64,000 nucleotides of DNA from Candidatus Saccharimonadales bacterium (GTDB lineage: Bacteria; Patescibacteriota; Saccharimonadia; Saccharimonadales; UBA10212), in assembly GCA_025450575.1 (NCBI GenBank), contig JANWHE010000016.1:93874-157873 (forward strand). The letters run 5' to 3'. Of the stretch, positions 46,901 through 55,133 are shown in pieces; the stretch's first letter is position 1; each line of letters starts with the position of its first letter. The notes beneath the pieces were generated by a model. The model was not told the DNA's origin. It did not search any database and worked only from the letters and a program-made list of their open reading frames with translations. The position numbers and the translations under genes are program-made.

Positions 46901-47580
46901 CCGGCCGTCTGGACGGCCGCTGTCTGGTTCTGAATAAAATCCGTACCCGTGGTTGTTTCGAACCCGCAGGCACTAGACGTCTGCAGACAAATCGTACCAG
47001 ATGCGTCCGGCAGCAGAATATTTGGATCGTTGGCCACCGTGTTAAAGCCCAGCGTTCCGCGGTGGGCGCCGCTGGTCAGTGCCAGCTGGCCAGCCGTGAA
47101 GGCGTAGGGTAAAGCCGTCAGCGCGATGCTGTGGCCGCTGTTCTGCATCTCCCCGTCCCAACTCGGTGTACCCGTACCGCCGATTCTCATAGTCAGCCAC
47201 AGCTGTTGATCCCAGTTAATACTACCGAAGGCCGTAACACTGCCCAGATTGACACTGAAATAACCGTTTATCACAGGAATGACATTAGCGCCGGTTCGGG
47301 TTTCCATCCACAGACAAGCGCCGCTACAACTACCCTGAGACCCAGTGGTACTGTCGGCATTATAAATCTTAAACTCAATGTTGTAGTTGCCGTCCGGCAC
47401 GATGCCCCCGGCGCTGTTCAGTAGCCGGGCCTGGAAATTAAGGGTCGAAGAGGTGGTTGCCGCTTGCGCCACCGGAGCGGCTACCGACATGAAAACGCCC
47501 ACAAACAAAGCGAACCCCAATAGGGGGGCCATTAGCCATATATTGACCGCGCGCGTACGCGCAAGTAGGCGTCGATGCAT
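40960..47580 (-). CDS. giant secreted surface protein (2206 aa) with Thr/Ser/Gly/Asn-rich repeats and a CBM4/9-like carbohydrate-binding module
   Basis: Single uninterrupted ORF with a signal peptide (..FMSVAAPVAQA/ATT). The motif [AG]F.VQ(N/D/T)....(V/I)D recurs at least 7 times. A jelly-roll-like module spans aa 717-873 (NPSFESS..GW..HSGNYELQV..FYFDDFYLKK). The C-terminal region is Cys-containing. Confidence 0.85.
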   Translation of the reverse strand: MHRRLLARTRAVNIWLMAPLLGFALFVGVFMSVAAPVAQAATTSSTLNFQARLLNSAGGIVPDGNYNIEFKIYNADSTTGSQGSCSGACLWMETRTGANVIPVINGYFSVNLGSVTAFGSINWDQQLWLTMRIGGTGTPSWDGEMQNSGHSIALTALPYAFTAGQLALTSGAHRGTLGFNTVANDPNILLPDASGTICLQTSSACGFETTTGTDFIQNQTAAVQTAGFNISGTGIIGTALQTPLVQTTDSAAANTAAITLRSGNETGSSLSSGSVTIKSGDAAGGTNSSSGNITIDSGTKSGTGTTGTISIGTTSASGITIGQTGGSAVTAIDGGGGITLGNNTTVAAGKTLSVTSALTSLTGATSGDALNVSNSTSTGNIAVFNDNSTPVLTISDGGGLNINPDTAASTITIGSTSETGGLTFGQSTDTNTINIGNANTATGKTQTINIGAGTPAGTGLTNVTIGNSVNGGALSLNSGSGGISLGGNTTVAASKTLTVTSALTSLTGSTSGDALNVSNSTSTGNIAVFKNNATPVLTIANGGLTTLANNNAAGLVINDSASSKSVLTVDTAGDTVILGNSGASGITGKLKFNFAAQTGSITLDATNPSSTGYTIHLPAENGTLCIQASSSCGFISGTGTAFVNGGNSGFGGTGVLGTIDSNGLNIITNNHVVQSLSTTGAAAFENFSDSNTAFRIQTSTASALLNANTSDGYVINNGVDNLGNEIQNPSFESSGTTDATGWYTPSATQVITNSSANAHSGNYELQVTGNSTTHAVTTPYFAVHPGDTIYAEAWVKNSAGATGDAGIYIEFDDKDKASTTFSNADTGLPGTSYVKKTITATVPAGSYFLRLAASVKATATTGTFYFDDFYLKKANEPAPLLITNTSSTAFQVQNSSSVTVLGVDATTNKLFSNLADGASAVGFTLNTANTYSTAGAKLLSLQNGGAEKFSVDKDGNVNIPATKFYEVGGSQIASTNLSDSSHIVLNNAANTFSSTNSFQVTNTNGFQVQDAAGSHTYIQADTNGGTLYLGNTQTGSTVQIGNSTGVAVTQTINIGSTNTTASSASTITIGSTIGGSLTLQPGGGIIVAAGALGTADNTSYLCRNSSNKLAACITTGTGVAFVNGGNTLGSLTGSLASLGTKDANSLQIITNNTGRATFDQSNNLYLGNADGSGTNAAPNNFNVKGTGSSATGTAGGNLNLYGGAGNGSSTGSAGGNVSINGGAAGGSGDNAGGNITLVAGLNTGVGAAGNVTVKNAANSTSAFQVQTTGSAAVFSVNTSTPTVTVAGGTVFASNTYTSGANSTITQSLVDNNTTISATATATGLTFTVPAPTTATTGRLLYVGNGGTNAFTLNTGAGSYNLAPGSSATLIYIGSAWTIAGIDASTLQLGYTNSIGGTTPEIKLDSTRSTLNIQDADSTVGADILDINASNGGGGGLGTVVFGVGNTGATKVHTTGSGSTTAFVVQDASNNNFIAVDTTSGGNSVTIDSDTGAAGTVKIGNVGGHAQTVNIGLTASNASNSTINIATNANASATNTITIGSNGNTTNAVNIEGGNTGGINLGNTDVTHTFNIGNGASTTTQTVNIGSNSGSSVVNLKSDAGINLKTNSSTNNGVLIQSVTTNSTAALQVQNSSNNSLFNIDTTSDYITLGSTSQALTATQGVKIYAGAGTNSAVDLLATTDSSSNSFYYGANNSRAQFGYDGANGAASVKAASGKGFELQVNANAANSITVNSSGQTTFHTNTDSTAGFVVQNSGNATVLSVDTSGRALRVMENGGSTNYALIYYDTATSTANYTASSGTVAVGTGSGAITVNSGSGAAVNITGHAASSWQTTAGTLTLQSGSGSSDYLILNSGGSGQVQVNGSAVVKFGSASADPTCINGAFYYNTTSNTFRGCLNGTWSSMGSISTPTLQTTYNSSTGSTTPEIKLNAGGTDTGAFDIQDADTSLAGIIFAVRGTNAGGLGTSLLNVNTSTGTVNIGTSDTTGTLLVLDTDSDSTFNQGTISNAATEINGAMFYSSTDHNFMCGVAGAWTTCNGLLYSNTSIGSAINTCTTACGNLGAASIPANYCQAGRVIHIYARGHYGTTSAPTLQMEVRYGTNTTRTSDTLIGAASPTATAGSTISNAQWIIDYKIVCFSTTSMDGQGLFYLQTVTTTTATGQFGVFNMVSTASTTGLTTSSAANLYLFPVWSANSASNTITTDQYVVTGN
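45952..46134 (-). repeat. internal protein repeat, copy 2 (aa 483-543 of the giant protein)
   Basis: ISLGGNTTVAASKTLTVTSALTSLTGSTSGDALNVSNSTSTGNIAVFKNNATPVLTIANGG. It is near-identical to copy 1, which lies 145 aa upstream. Confidence 0.75.
46387..46569 (-). repeat. internal protein repeat, copy 1 (aa 338-398 of the giant protein)
   Basis: ITLGNNTTVAAGKTLSVTSALTSLTGATSGDALNVSNSTSTGNIAVFNDNSTPVLTISDGG. Confidence 0.75.
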
Positions 47581-47667
47581 TTTTGTAAGGTGTTTTTGTG
47601 TTTATTTTGGCTTTTGGTTTTTGTAAAGCCTAGTAACAGGTTACGCTTATCTGTTAGGCGCGTCAAC

Positions 47668-47690
47668 GAAAAAACGGCCTTTCGGGCCGT
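47668..47690 (-). terminator. intrinsic terminator of rplU
   Basis: Stem ACGGCC(47674-47679)/GGCCGT(47685-47690). On the minus strand a T5 run follows, about 25 nt after the rplU stop. Confidence 0.65.
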
Positions 47691-47715
47691 CACTTATCCA
47701 CACCTTGACTACAGT

Positions 47716-48087
47716 TTAAGAAATCCTGGTGATTTTGATTTTGGCGTGGCGCTGCCGGTGGCCGCGGACCTTGCGGACGCGTTTCTTGGCCTTATAGCGG
47801 ATAGCCACCACTTTGTCGTCTTTGATGGATTGTTCAAGGATATCGGCAGTCACTTTCACCCCTGATACGGTAGGGGTACCAACGGCTATGGTGTCGCCGT
47901 CAATGACCAGCAAGGCCTCGAAAGCGGTAGTCTCTTGGGCCGGGTCTAAAAGCTCGATCAAAAGCTCATCGCCGACAGATACCAGGAATTGGTGTCCGCC
48001 GGTTGAGATAACGGCTTTCTTGGCGCTTTTAGTCGCTGCCTTAGGAGCGGCCTGGGCCCTTGGTTTCTGAGCTGTTGCTTCTGCCAT
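47716..48087 (-). CDS. rplU: 50S ribosomal protein L21 with ~25-aa Ala/Lys-rich N-terminal extension
   Basis: 123-aa ORF. The core AVISTGGHQFLVSVGD...KVVAIRYKAKKRVRKVRGHRQ is typical L21. No rpmA gene follows it. Confidence 0.9.
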   Translation of the reverse strand: MAEATAQKPRAQAAPKAATKSAKKAVISTGGHQFLVSVGDELLIELLDPAQETTAFEALLVIDGDTIAVGTPTVSGVKVTADILEQSIKDDKVVAIRYKAKKRVRKVRGHRQRHAKIKITRIS

Positions 48088-48364
48088 AACCTAAGGAGTT
48101 TAACAGATACGAAAATATCTGTCAAAACAGAGGGGTCAAACGAGCCCATCATTGAAGAACCATGTGCAGTTAACCTGAAGCCGGTGCTGTAAAACAGTCT
48201 GTCCTTGGGTACGAGGGTATGGACCGACTGTTTGGAGGTCTATTACCGACGTAAAGACTGGTTTCACTAGCTATAGGCATCAAACGGGCGGAGCGGGTTT
48301 GAAAAGGGTTGGGCGAGTGATAACTAGCCGTGTAGGACTAGCCTTTTATGGCTAGTTATATCTG

Positions 48365-51244
48365 TTAACTCTTAGAGAGTTTGATTTCGGCAGCCTGACC
48401 GTCCAGCTCCACCTGCTCGCCGTGCCGCGGTTCGCCCTTTAAATCACCGGTGGCTAGCGTCTCCCGGTAAACCTCATCTTTGTGGGCCTTAAATGCCTCG
48501 TTTACTTCTTTGGAGTCAGATTTAACAACCAGTTCTATACGGTCGTCGACATTTAGGCCGGCGTTCTTGCGGGCCTGCTGGATGTGGCGAATCAGCTCAC
48601 GAGCTAACCCTTCCCTTTTAAGCTCATCTGTTATTTCTAGATTCATCTCCGTTTTAGCGGGCTGTCCTTCAGCCAGCTTTTCAAAGTTGACTTCTTTAAC
48701 GTTCAGCTCCTCTTTGATAATTTCCAGCAGTTCCGGTTTCAGATCCAGGCCGGCCGCAATTTTAACTGATGACAGCGGCTGGCGGACCTTGATGCTAGCG
48801 GCCGCCCGCTGGGCCAAGCCCAAGGTGATAGCCTCTCTAACAACGGCCATCTCACCAACGATGAGGCCGTTGGCCTGCCCGGCGGGCGGCCAATCGCACA
48901 AGTGCACGCTCTCGCGGCCGGTGAGCTTGATATACAGCTCTTCGGCCAAAAACGGCGTGAACGGCGCTAAGACCAAGCTTAGACGTACCAAGACGTAGTG
49001 CAGCGTCTTATAAGCCATGTCCTTGTCTTTATCGTTGTCGCTCTTCCAAAAACGCTTGCGGGAGCGGCGGATATACCAGTTGCTGGCGTCATCTATGAAC
49101 GGCAGCACGCCTTTTAAGGCATTGGGCAGGTCGTAGCGGTCCATGTGCTCGCCGACCTCGGCAGTCAGCTGGTGTACCCGGCTGACGATCCACTGGTCCA
49201 GCGGGTGTTCCAGCTCAGGATACGGATCATCCAAACTGCCGTCCCATTCCCAGCCATCGACGCTGGCGTACAGCGTGAAGAAGTCGTACATATTCCAGAC
49301 CATCGCCAGCTTGCGGTTGACATCGTTGACGTCCTTGTCCTGCAGGGCGAAATCCTCGCCGTTCAACAGGGGCGAACTTAGGAATAAGAAGCGCAGGGCG
49401 TCGGCGCTGTAGCGGTCCATCAGCTCGTTGGGATCGGTAAAGTTATTGTAGCTTTTGCTCATCTTGCGGCCGTCATTGCCGGCGATGGTGCCGGTAACGA
49501 CGACGTTCTTAAAGGAGTTAGTGCCAAACAATCCGACGCTCAAAGTATGCAGGTAGTAAAACCAGGCCCGTACCTGGCCGACGTATTCGGCGATAAAGTC
49601 GCCTGGGAAGTTCTGCTCGAACTTCTGCTGGTTTTCAAAGGGGTAATGGAACTGGGCGAACGGCATGGAGCCAGCCTCGAACCAGCTGTCCATCACCTTG
49701 TCGACGCGCTTGTATTCCACGCCGTCGATTACGAAAGTAACCTCATCTATCCAAGGCCGGTGGTAATCGTCTAATTCTTGGCCGGACAACTCCTTAAGTT
49801 CCGCGTAGCTGCCGACAACTTTGACTAGTTCATTGCCGACCTCATCAATTCCCTTCCAGACCGGCAAAGCTGTCGCCCAGAAACGGTCGCGGCTTAGGTT
49901 CCAGTCCGGCGCTTGCTGGATGTTCTTGGCGAACCGCCCCCGTTTGAAGTGGGTCGGAAACCAGTTGATGTCGCCGTTTTTCTCCAGCATCAGCTCGCGC
50001 TGGTCGCCGACGTTCATGAACCAGCTGGGGTGGGCCCGGTACATCAGCCGGGTGCCGCAGCGGTGGCAGTGCGGATAAGAGTGGGTGATGTAGGTGATTT
50101 TCCAGACTTCGCCACGCTCGTGCAGGGCTTTGGCGATGTCCTTGTTGACGTCCCAGACCAGCTGGCCTTGCCACTCGTCTTCGGTGTAAAAGCCGTTATC
50201 GTCAATGACGCTGACGGCCGGGAAATCTTTTTCCTTAGCCAGTTCATAGTCCTCTTCGCCGTAAGCCGGCGCCAGATGGACGATGCCGGTACCTTCCTCG
50301 GTAGTGACGTACGGCGCGGCCCACACCTTGTGGGCGTTATGGCCACGGTCCTTAAATAGCGGCTCATATTCCTTGCCGACCAGCTCACTACCCTTGAAGG
50401 TCTTTTCAACCGTATAATCCAAGATTTGATGCTTCTCGTCGGTCAAGACCTTATCCAGCAGGTCACGAGCCAGGATAAAACGCTGACCGTCGACGATGAC
50501 CTGGGCGTATTCTATATCGGTATTAACCGCGGCGGCGGTGTTGGCCGGCAGGGTCCACGGAGTGGTCGTCCAGGCTAGTAAGAACGCGTCTTCGTCTTTG
50601 AGCTTCAGCTTAACGTAGACCGACGGGTCGGTGACGTCCTGGTAGCTGTTGTCCATGGCCACTTCGGCCTTGGCGATAGGCGTGGCGTCGCGGGTGCAGT
50701 ACAGCAGGACTTTCTCGCCCTCGTAAATCTTGCCATCATCATATAACTTCTTAAAAGCCCACCAGACGCTCTCCATGTAGGGTTTGTCCATGGTCTTATA
50801 GGCGCCTTTGAAGTCGACCCAGCGGCCGATACGGGCGATGGTCGCTTCCCATTCGTCGCCGGTCTGGACCATATTCTCCCGGCAAGTGGTGATATATTCT
50901 TCCAAGGATATTTTGGTACCGATGTCTCGGCGGTCTTTGATGCCCAGCTTGCGCTCGGTGAATACTTCGGCCGGCAGGCCGTGGCAGTCCCAGCCCCAGA
51001 CCCGCTCCACCCGCTTGCCTTTCATGGCCTGGTAGCGCGGCACGGCGTCCTTAACCACACTGCTTAGCAGTGTACCGTGGTGCGGCACCCCCGTTATGAA
51101 CGGCGGCCCGTCGTAAAACACGTAGCTGTCGGCGGCCGGTCGCTGGTCGACGGATTTTTCGAATATCTTCTTATCTTGCCAGTAGGCGACCAGATCGTTT
51201 TCATATTCAATCGGTTTACGGCGTTTGCCAGGCTGGAACTTCAT
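48365..51244 (-). CDS. ileS: isoleucyl-tRNA synthetase (type 2, eukaryote-like)
   Basis: 959-aa ORF with a HIGH region (PPFITGVPHHGTLL), KMSKS (GRKMSKSYNN) and a CP1 editing domain. The N- and C-termini follow the IleRS2 pattern. Confidence 0.95.
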   Translation of the reverse strand: MKFQPGKRRKPIEYENDLVAYWQDKKIFEKSVDQRPAADSYVFYDGPPFITGVPHHGTLLSSVVKDAVPRYQAMKGKRVERVWGWDCHGLPAEVFTERKLGIKDRRDIGTKISLEEYITTCRENMVQTGDEWEATIARIGRWVDFKGAYKTMDKPYMESVWWAFKKLYDDGKIYEGEKVLLYCTRDATPIAKAEVAMDNSYQDVTDPSVYVKLKLKDEDAFLLAWTTTPWTLPANTAAAVNTDIEYAQVIVDGQRFILARDLLDKVLTDEKHQILDYTVEKTFKGSELVGKEYEPLFKDRGHNAHKVWAAPYVTTEEGTGIVHLAPAYGEEDYELAKEKDFPAVSVIDDNGFYTEDEWQGQLVWDVNKDIAKALHERGEVWKITYITHSYPHCHRCGTRLMYRAHPSWFMNVGDQRELMLEKNGDINWFPTHFKRGRFAKNIQQAPDWNLSRDRFWATALPVWKGIDEVGNELVKVVGSYAELKELSGQELDDYHRPWIDEVTFVIDGVEYKRVDKVMDSWFEAGSMPFAQFHYPFENQQKFEQNFPGDFIAEYVGQVRAWFYYLHTLSVGLFGTNSFKNVVVTGTIAGNDGRKMSKSYNNFTDPNELMDRYSADALRFLFLSSPLLNGEDFALQDKDVNDVNRKLAMVWNMYDFFTLYASVDGWEWDGSLDDPYPELEHPLDQWIVSRVHQLTAEVGEHMDRYDLPNALKGVLPFIDDASNWYIRRSRKRFWKSDNDKDKDMAYKTLHYVLVRLSLVLAPFTPFLAEELYIKLTGRESVHLCDWPPAGQANGLIVGEMAVVREAITLGLAQRAAASIKVRQPLSSVKIAAGLDLKPELLEIIKEELNVKEVNFEKLAEGQPAKTEMNLEITDELKREGLARELIRHIQQARKNAGLNVDDRIELVVKSDSKEVNEAFKAHKDEVYRETLATGDLKGEPRHGEQVELDGQAAEIKLSKS

Positions 51245-51316
51245 AAGACCGCCCCGACCACATCAAATAAATCCACGTTTTCGCTCTCACTCATCTAAGA
51301 AGTAATTATATCTCAC

Positions 51317-51586
51317 TCAGCGGCCGGATGAATAGGAAAAGACTTCCTCGGCGGCCGGCCAGGGCTGGTCTTGCCACATCTGCTGGAAACTGCCGTCGGT
51401 ATTGATGACCAGGATTGCCGGGTAGCGCACTATGTCGTAGGTGCGGGCCAGGTCGGCGCCTTCCAGGGTCTCCAGGCTGATAAGTTCGATTTTGAAACCG
51501 TAGTGCCGGGCTTCGTAATCATGCTTGAAAGTCTCGGCTAAACCGGCTTGTTCACTTTGAGGATGATAAAGAATAATCGTCCGCAT
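51317..51586 (-). CDS. small thioredoxin-fold-like protein lacking CxxC (tentative)
   Basis: 89-aa ORF. The beta-alpha-beta pattern (TIILYHP....RYPAILVINTDG) resembles the Trx/NrdH fold, but no redox cysteines are present. Confidence 0.35.
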   Translation of the reverse strand: MRTIILYHPQSEQAGLAETFKHDYEARHYGFKIELISLETLEGADLARTYDIVRYPAILVINTDGSFQQMWQDQPWPAAEEVFSYSSGR

Positions 51587-51664
51587 AAAGCTATTCTAAC
51601 AGTATGCGGGACTCGGGATATAGCTCCCTGGTTCGATAGCCGGTCGCAATACGCCGTTTGGAAA

Positions 51665-52135
51665 TTATTTCTTGTTGTCGCCGGCGGACTTACCGTACCA
51701 CCCCCAGGCATTGGAACGGGCCTCTTCCTTGGACATACCGGAGTGCTTACCGGCATCATAAATGCTCAAGACAGCCAAAAGGCCCAGTGAATCACCGATG
51801 CTCATGCCTTCTTTGATGCGACCGAACATTTCGCGACGCCGGTCTTTACTGACTACTGCTTTGGACACGGAGGCCATGAGTTTCCAAGGATTTACCGGTG
51901 GGAGATCCGCGTCATCTGGCAATTCTTCTTCGGGCGTGCCGATGGCGCAATGGCCTAGGCATCGGAGTATGCCCCTCACGAACGACACTTCCCCCTCCTC
52001 GCCCGTAGAAAAGACCTCATTGAGGCCGCGGACCATGTCTACGGCGTTAGGCAAGGTGCCATCGGGCCTGGCCACGGGGCCGGTATATCTTTCTTCGGTT
52101 TCTGTCTGAGGTGCTTGCGCTTCTAAAGTTGCCAT
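51665..52135 (-). CDS. hypothetical protein
   Basis: 156-aa ORF immediately downstream of nrdJ. It contains a CLGHC motif. No family recognised. Confidence 0.5.
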   Translation of the reverse strand: MATLEAQAPQTETEERYTGPVARPDGTLPNAVDMVRGLNEVFSTGEEGEVSFVRGILRCLGHCAIGTPEEELPDDADLPPVNPWKLMASVSKAVVSKDRRREMFGRIKEGMSIGDSLGLLAVLSIYDAGKHSGMSKEEARSNAWGWYGKSAGDNKK

Positions 52136-52180
52136 TTTTTGTTTTTTTGATTAACTCTTTTACATTAGCATAAACACCTT

Positions 52181-52207
52181 AAAAAGTCAACCAATTCCCT
52201 CTGGTTG
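52181..52207 (-). terminator. intrinsic terminator of nrdJ
   Basis: On the minus strand: stem TCAACCA/TGGTTGA (52186-52207) followed by CTTTTT. This is about 50 nt after the nrdJ stop. Confidence 0.55.
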
Positions 52208-52259
52208 AGTGAGTATCCGGCACCAAAGAACGTGCTCTTAAGGCCGGGTACGAGTGGTT

Positions 52260-55133
52260 TTAGCTGCAGCCGGTAGTCGAACCGCAAGCAGTGCAGACGT
52301 AGCACGTCCCCGCCCTCTGCGTCTGGTTGCCGCAGTTATAGCACAGCGGTGCGTTATCGTCCTGGCGGGCTTCGGTCTTCTTGACTTCGACCGGTTCATC
52401 TACTGAAAAGCTGGTGCTGGCGGTGATTATTTCGGCCGGCATCGTAATCGTGGTTTCGGTGGTCGGTTCGCTGGCGATGCTCTGTTCGGCGACGGCGATC
52501 TCTTCGGCGACCTCCACCGCGTCTAGCAGGCTGGCTTGGCCGGCGGGGATATCGTCTAAAGTGGCAAGACCGACTTCCAGCTGGTCGTCAAAGCTTAGGT
52601 AGGTCTTACCCAGGCGTTTGAAAATATAGTCGATGATGGAGCTGGCGGTCCGGATATCCGGATCGTCGGTGACGCCGGCCGGCGCGAAGCTGGTGTGCGT
52701 AAAGGAACGGACCAGTTTTTTGAGCGGTACGCCGTACTGTAGCGCGAAGCTGACCGACGTAGCGAAAGCATCCATCACGCCGCGCAAGGTCGAGCCTTGC
52801 TTGGAGATACTGATGAACAGCTCGCCGGGGCGGCCGTCGTCGTACTGGCCGACGGTAAAGTAGCCGCGGGTTCCGGAAAGCGTAAAGCGGAAGGTCTTGG
52901 AATTACGGACCCGGGGCAATTGTTCGCGGGCACCCAGCTGTCGGCCGGCCGGGCCGGCCTGAGGTACCATGTGTTCGGCGGCGATGGCCATAACTTGCTC
53001 GGGCGTTTCGGCCACGGTGGCGTTCACCGAAGGCGAGTCCTCTTCCTTGGTCTCTTTTTTGGCCATACTTAGCGGCTGGGCCACCTTGCAGTTGTCGCGG
53101 TAGATAGCCACGGCTTTTAAGCCCAGTTTCCAGGCTTCGGTGTGTAGCTGTTCGACCTCTTCGACGGTGACTTCTTCGGGCATGTTGACGGTTTTACTTA
53201 TCGCGCCGGACAAGAACGGCTGGACGGCGCTCATCATTTTGACGTGGCCCATGTAGTGGATGGCGTTATCGCCCATGCTGCAGGAGAACACCGGCAGGTG
53301 CTCGTCTTTGAGGTGCGGCGCGCCGATGATGGTTTTTTCTAAATCGATGTAGTTGACGATATCTTCTATCTGGGCGCGGTTGTAGCCCAGAGCCTTAAGA
53401 GCCCGCGGCACGGTCTGGTTGACGATGAACATCGTCCCGCCGCCGACTAACTTCTTGACCTTCGTCAGGCCCAGATCCGGCTCGATGCCGGTGGTATCAC
53501 AGTCCATCATCAGGCCGATGGTGCCGGTCGGGGCCAGTAAGGTAGCTTGGGAGTTGCGGACGCCGTAGCGTTCGCCCAGCTCCACGGCTTCGTCCCACGA
53601 CGCCGCGGCGGCGCTCAATAATTCTTCCGAGACCATCGACGGGTCGATTTTTTTGACTTCGTCGCGGTGCATGCGTAGCACTTTGTTCATACCGTCGCGG
53701 TCCTTATGGTAGCCGGCGAACGGCCCCACGACCTTGGCGATACGGGCGCTGGTAGCGTAAGCGTGGCCGGTCATCAGCGCCGTGATGGCGGCCGCCTGGG
53801 CGCGTCCTTCGTCGCTGTCGTAAGGCAGGCCTTGGGCCATCAATAGCGCGCCGAGATTAGCGTAGCCCAGACCTAGTTCGCGGTAGGCACGAGCGGTCTT
53901 GGTGATGTTCTTAGTCGGATATTCGCTGTAGCCGACCAGTATTTCCTGGGCGGTGAACATGATTTCCACGGTATGGCGGAAAGCCTCGACGTCGAAACTG
54001 AAATCATCGTTCAGGTACTCAAGCAGGTTGATGGACGATAAGTTGCAGGCCGAGTTATTGAGATGCATATACTCGCTGCAGGGGTTGCTACCTTCAATGC
54101 GGCCGGCGTTGGGCGTGGTGTGCCAGCGGTTGATGGTGGTGTCGAACTGCATGCCGGGGTCGGCACACTCCCAGGCAGCTTCGGCGATCTGGCGGAAGAT
54201 ACCGCGAGCTTTGACCGTCTCGACGGTCTGGCCGGTGGTGACGGCTTTTAGGTCCCAATCGTCGTCATTCTGGACGGCCTTCATGAAATCGTCGGTGACG
54301 CGCACCGAGTTGTTAGCGTTCTGATACTGGACGCTGTGGCTGTCCTTGCCATCTAAGCTCATATCGAAACCGGCAGTCTCCAGCACCCGGGCTTTGCGCT
54401 CCTCGAGCGCCTTGCACCAGATGAAATCCTCTACGTCGGGGTGATCGACATTCATGATCACCATCTTGGCGGCTCGCCTTGTCTTACCGCCGGACTTGAT
54501 AGCGCCAGCAGAGGCGTCGGCGCCGCGCATGAAGCTCAAAGGCCCGCTGGCGGTGCCGGCGGACTTGCCTAGGGCTTCTTTACTGGAACGCAGGCTGGAA
54601 ACGTTGATACCGCTGCCCGACCCGCCCTTGAAGATCATGCCTTCTTCGGCGTACCAATTGAGGATGGCCGGCATGGTGTCTTCGACGGCCAGGATAAAAC
54701 AGGCGCTGGCCTGCTGGCTACGTTCCTTGACGCCGATATTGAACCAGACTGGCGAATTAAAGGCCGCCCGCTGGGTGGCCAAGATGAACTTCAGCTCTTC
54801 GCGGAAATCCTCGGCTTCGGCCTGGGATACGAAATAACCCTCCTGCAGGCCGGTGCGGGTAATGGTGTCGGCCACCCGGTTGATAAGTTTCTTAAGTGAA
54901 TCTTCGCGCTCTGGAGTGCCGGGCGTACCGGAAAAATACTTCTGGGCGACGATGTTGATAGCGTTCAAGCTCCAGCTATCCGGAAACTCCACGCCTTTTT
55001 GTTCAAAGACGGCTTTGGCAGTCATCGGGTTGATGATGGCGCTGTCGCGCTTCACCCAATTAAGAGCTTCATAAGCCTTGGTTTTGGGCTTAGTGAACAC
55101 CCTTTTGACATTTTGTTTGGTAGCTTGCGCCAT
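52260..55133 (-). CDS. nrdJ: adenosylcobalamin-dependent (class II) ribonucleotide reductase
   Basis: 957-aa ORF. The N-terminus (..RDSAIINPMT.KAVFEQKGVEFPDSWS..A.NIVAQKYF) is typical of NrdJ, the active-site NPCSEY is present, and there is a Cys-rich C-terminal tail CYNCG...CYVCTACG. Confidence 0.9.
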   Translation of the reverse strand: MAQATKQNVKRVFTKPKTKAYEALNWVKRDSAIINPMTAKAVFEQKGVEFPDSWSLNAINIVAQKYFSGTPGTPEREDSLKKLINRVADTITRTGLQEGYFVSQAEAEDFREELKFILATQRAAFNSPVWFNIGVKERSQQASACFILAVEDTMPAILNWYAEEGMIFKGGSGSGINVSSLRSSKEALGKSAGTASGPLSFMRGADASAGAIKSGGKTRRAAKMVIMNVDHPDVEDFIWCKALEERKARVLETAGFDMSLDGKDSHSVQYQNANNSVRVTDDFMKAVQNDDDWDLKAVTTGQTVETVKARGIFRQIAEAAWECADPGMQFDTTINRWHTTPNAGRIEGSNPCSEYMHLNNSACNLSSINLLEYLNDDFSFDVEAFRHTVEIMFTAQEILVGYSEYPTKNITKTARAYRELGLGYANLGALLMAQGLPYDSDEGRAQAAAITALMTGHAYATSARIAKVVGPFAGYHKDRDGMNKVLRMHRDEVKKIDPSMVSEELLSAAAASWDEAVELGERYGVRNSQATLLAPTGTIGLMMDCDTTGIEPDLGLTKVKKLVGGGTMFIVNQTVPRALKALGYNRAQIEDIVNYIDLEKTIIGAPHLKDEHLPVFSCSMGDNAIHYMGHVKMMSAVQPFLSGAISKTVNMPEEVTVEEVEQLHTEAWKLGLKAVAIYRDNCKVAQPLSMAKKETKEEDSPSVNATVAETPEQVMAIAAEHMVPQAGPAGRQLGAREQLPRVRNSKTFRFTLSGTRGYFTVGQYDDGRPGELFISISKQGSTLRGVMDAFATSVSFALQYGVPLKKLVRSFTHTSFAPAGVTDDPDIRTASSIIDYIFKRLGKTYLSFDDQLEVGLATLDDIPAGQASLLDAVEVAEEIAVAEQSIASEPTTETTITMPAEIITASTSFSVDEPVEVKKTEARQDDNAPLCYNCGNQTQRAGTCYVCTACGSTTGCS

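Noticed and set aside
45764-46933. 389-aa plus-strand ORF inside the giant gene. The same applies to 42749-43228, 42880-43404 and the other ORFs antisense to 40960-47580.
   Set aside because: They are mirror-image reading frames of a long, compositionally biased repeat gene. Their translations are Val/Pro/Leu/Ala low-complexity sequence with no start context, whereas the minus-strand frame is open for 6.6 kb and has a signal peptide.
48088-48364. Possible tRNA or SRP RNA in the ileS-rplU spacer and in other long spacers (5244-5598, 7345-7612, 34091-34333).
   Set aside because: I could not see a T-arm GGTTCGAATCC-type box or cloverleaf, nor the SRP domain IV GGAA/AGCAGC motif, in any of them. 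They are reported only as unclassified structured regions.
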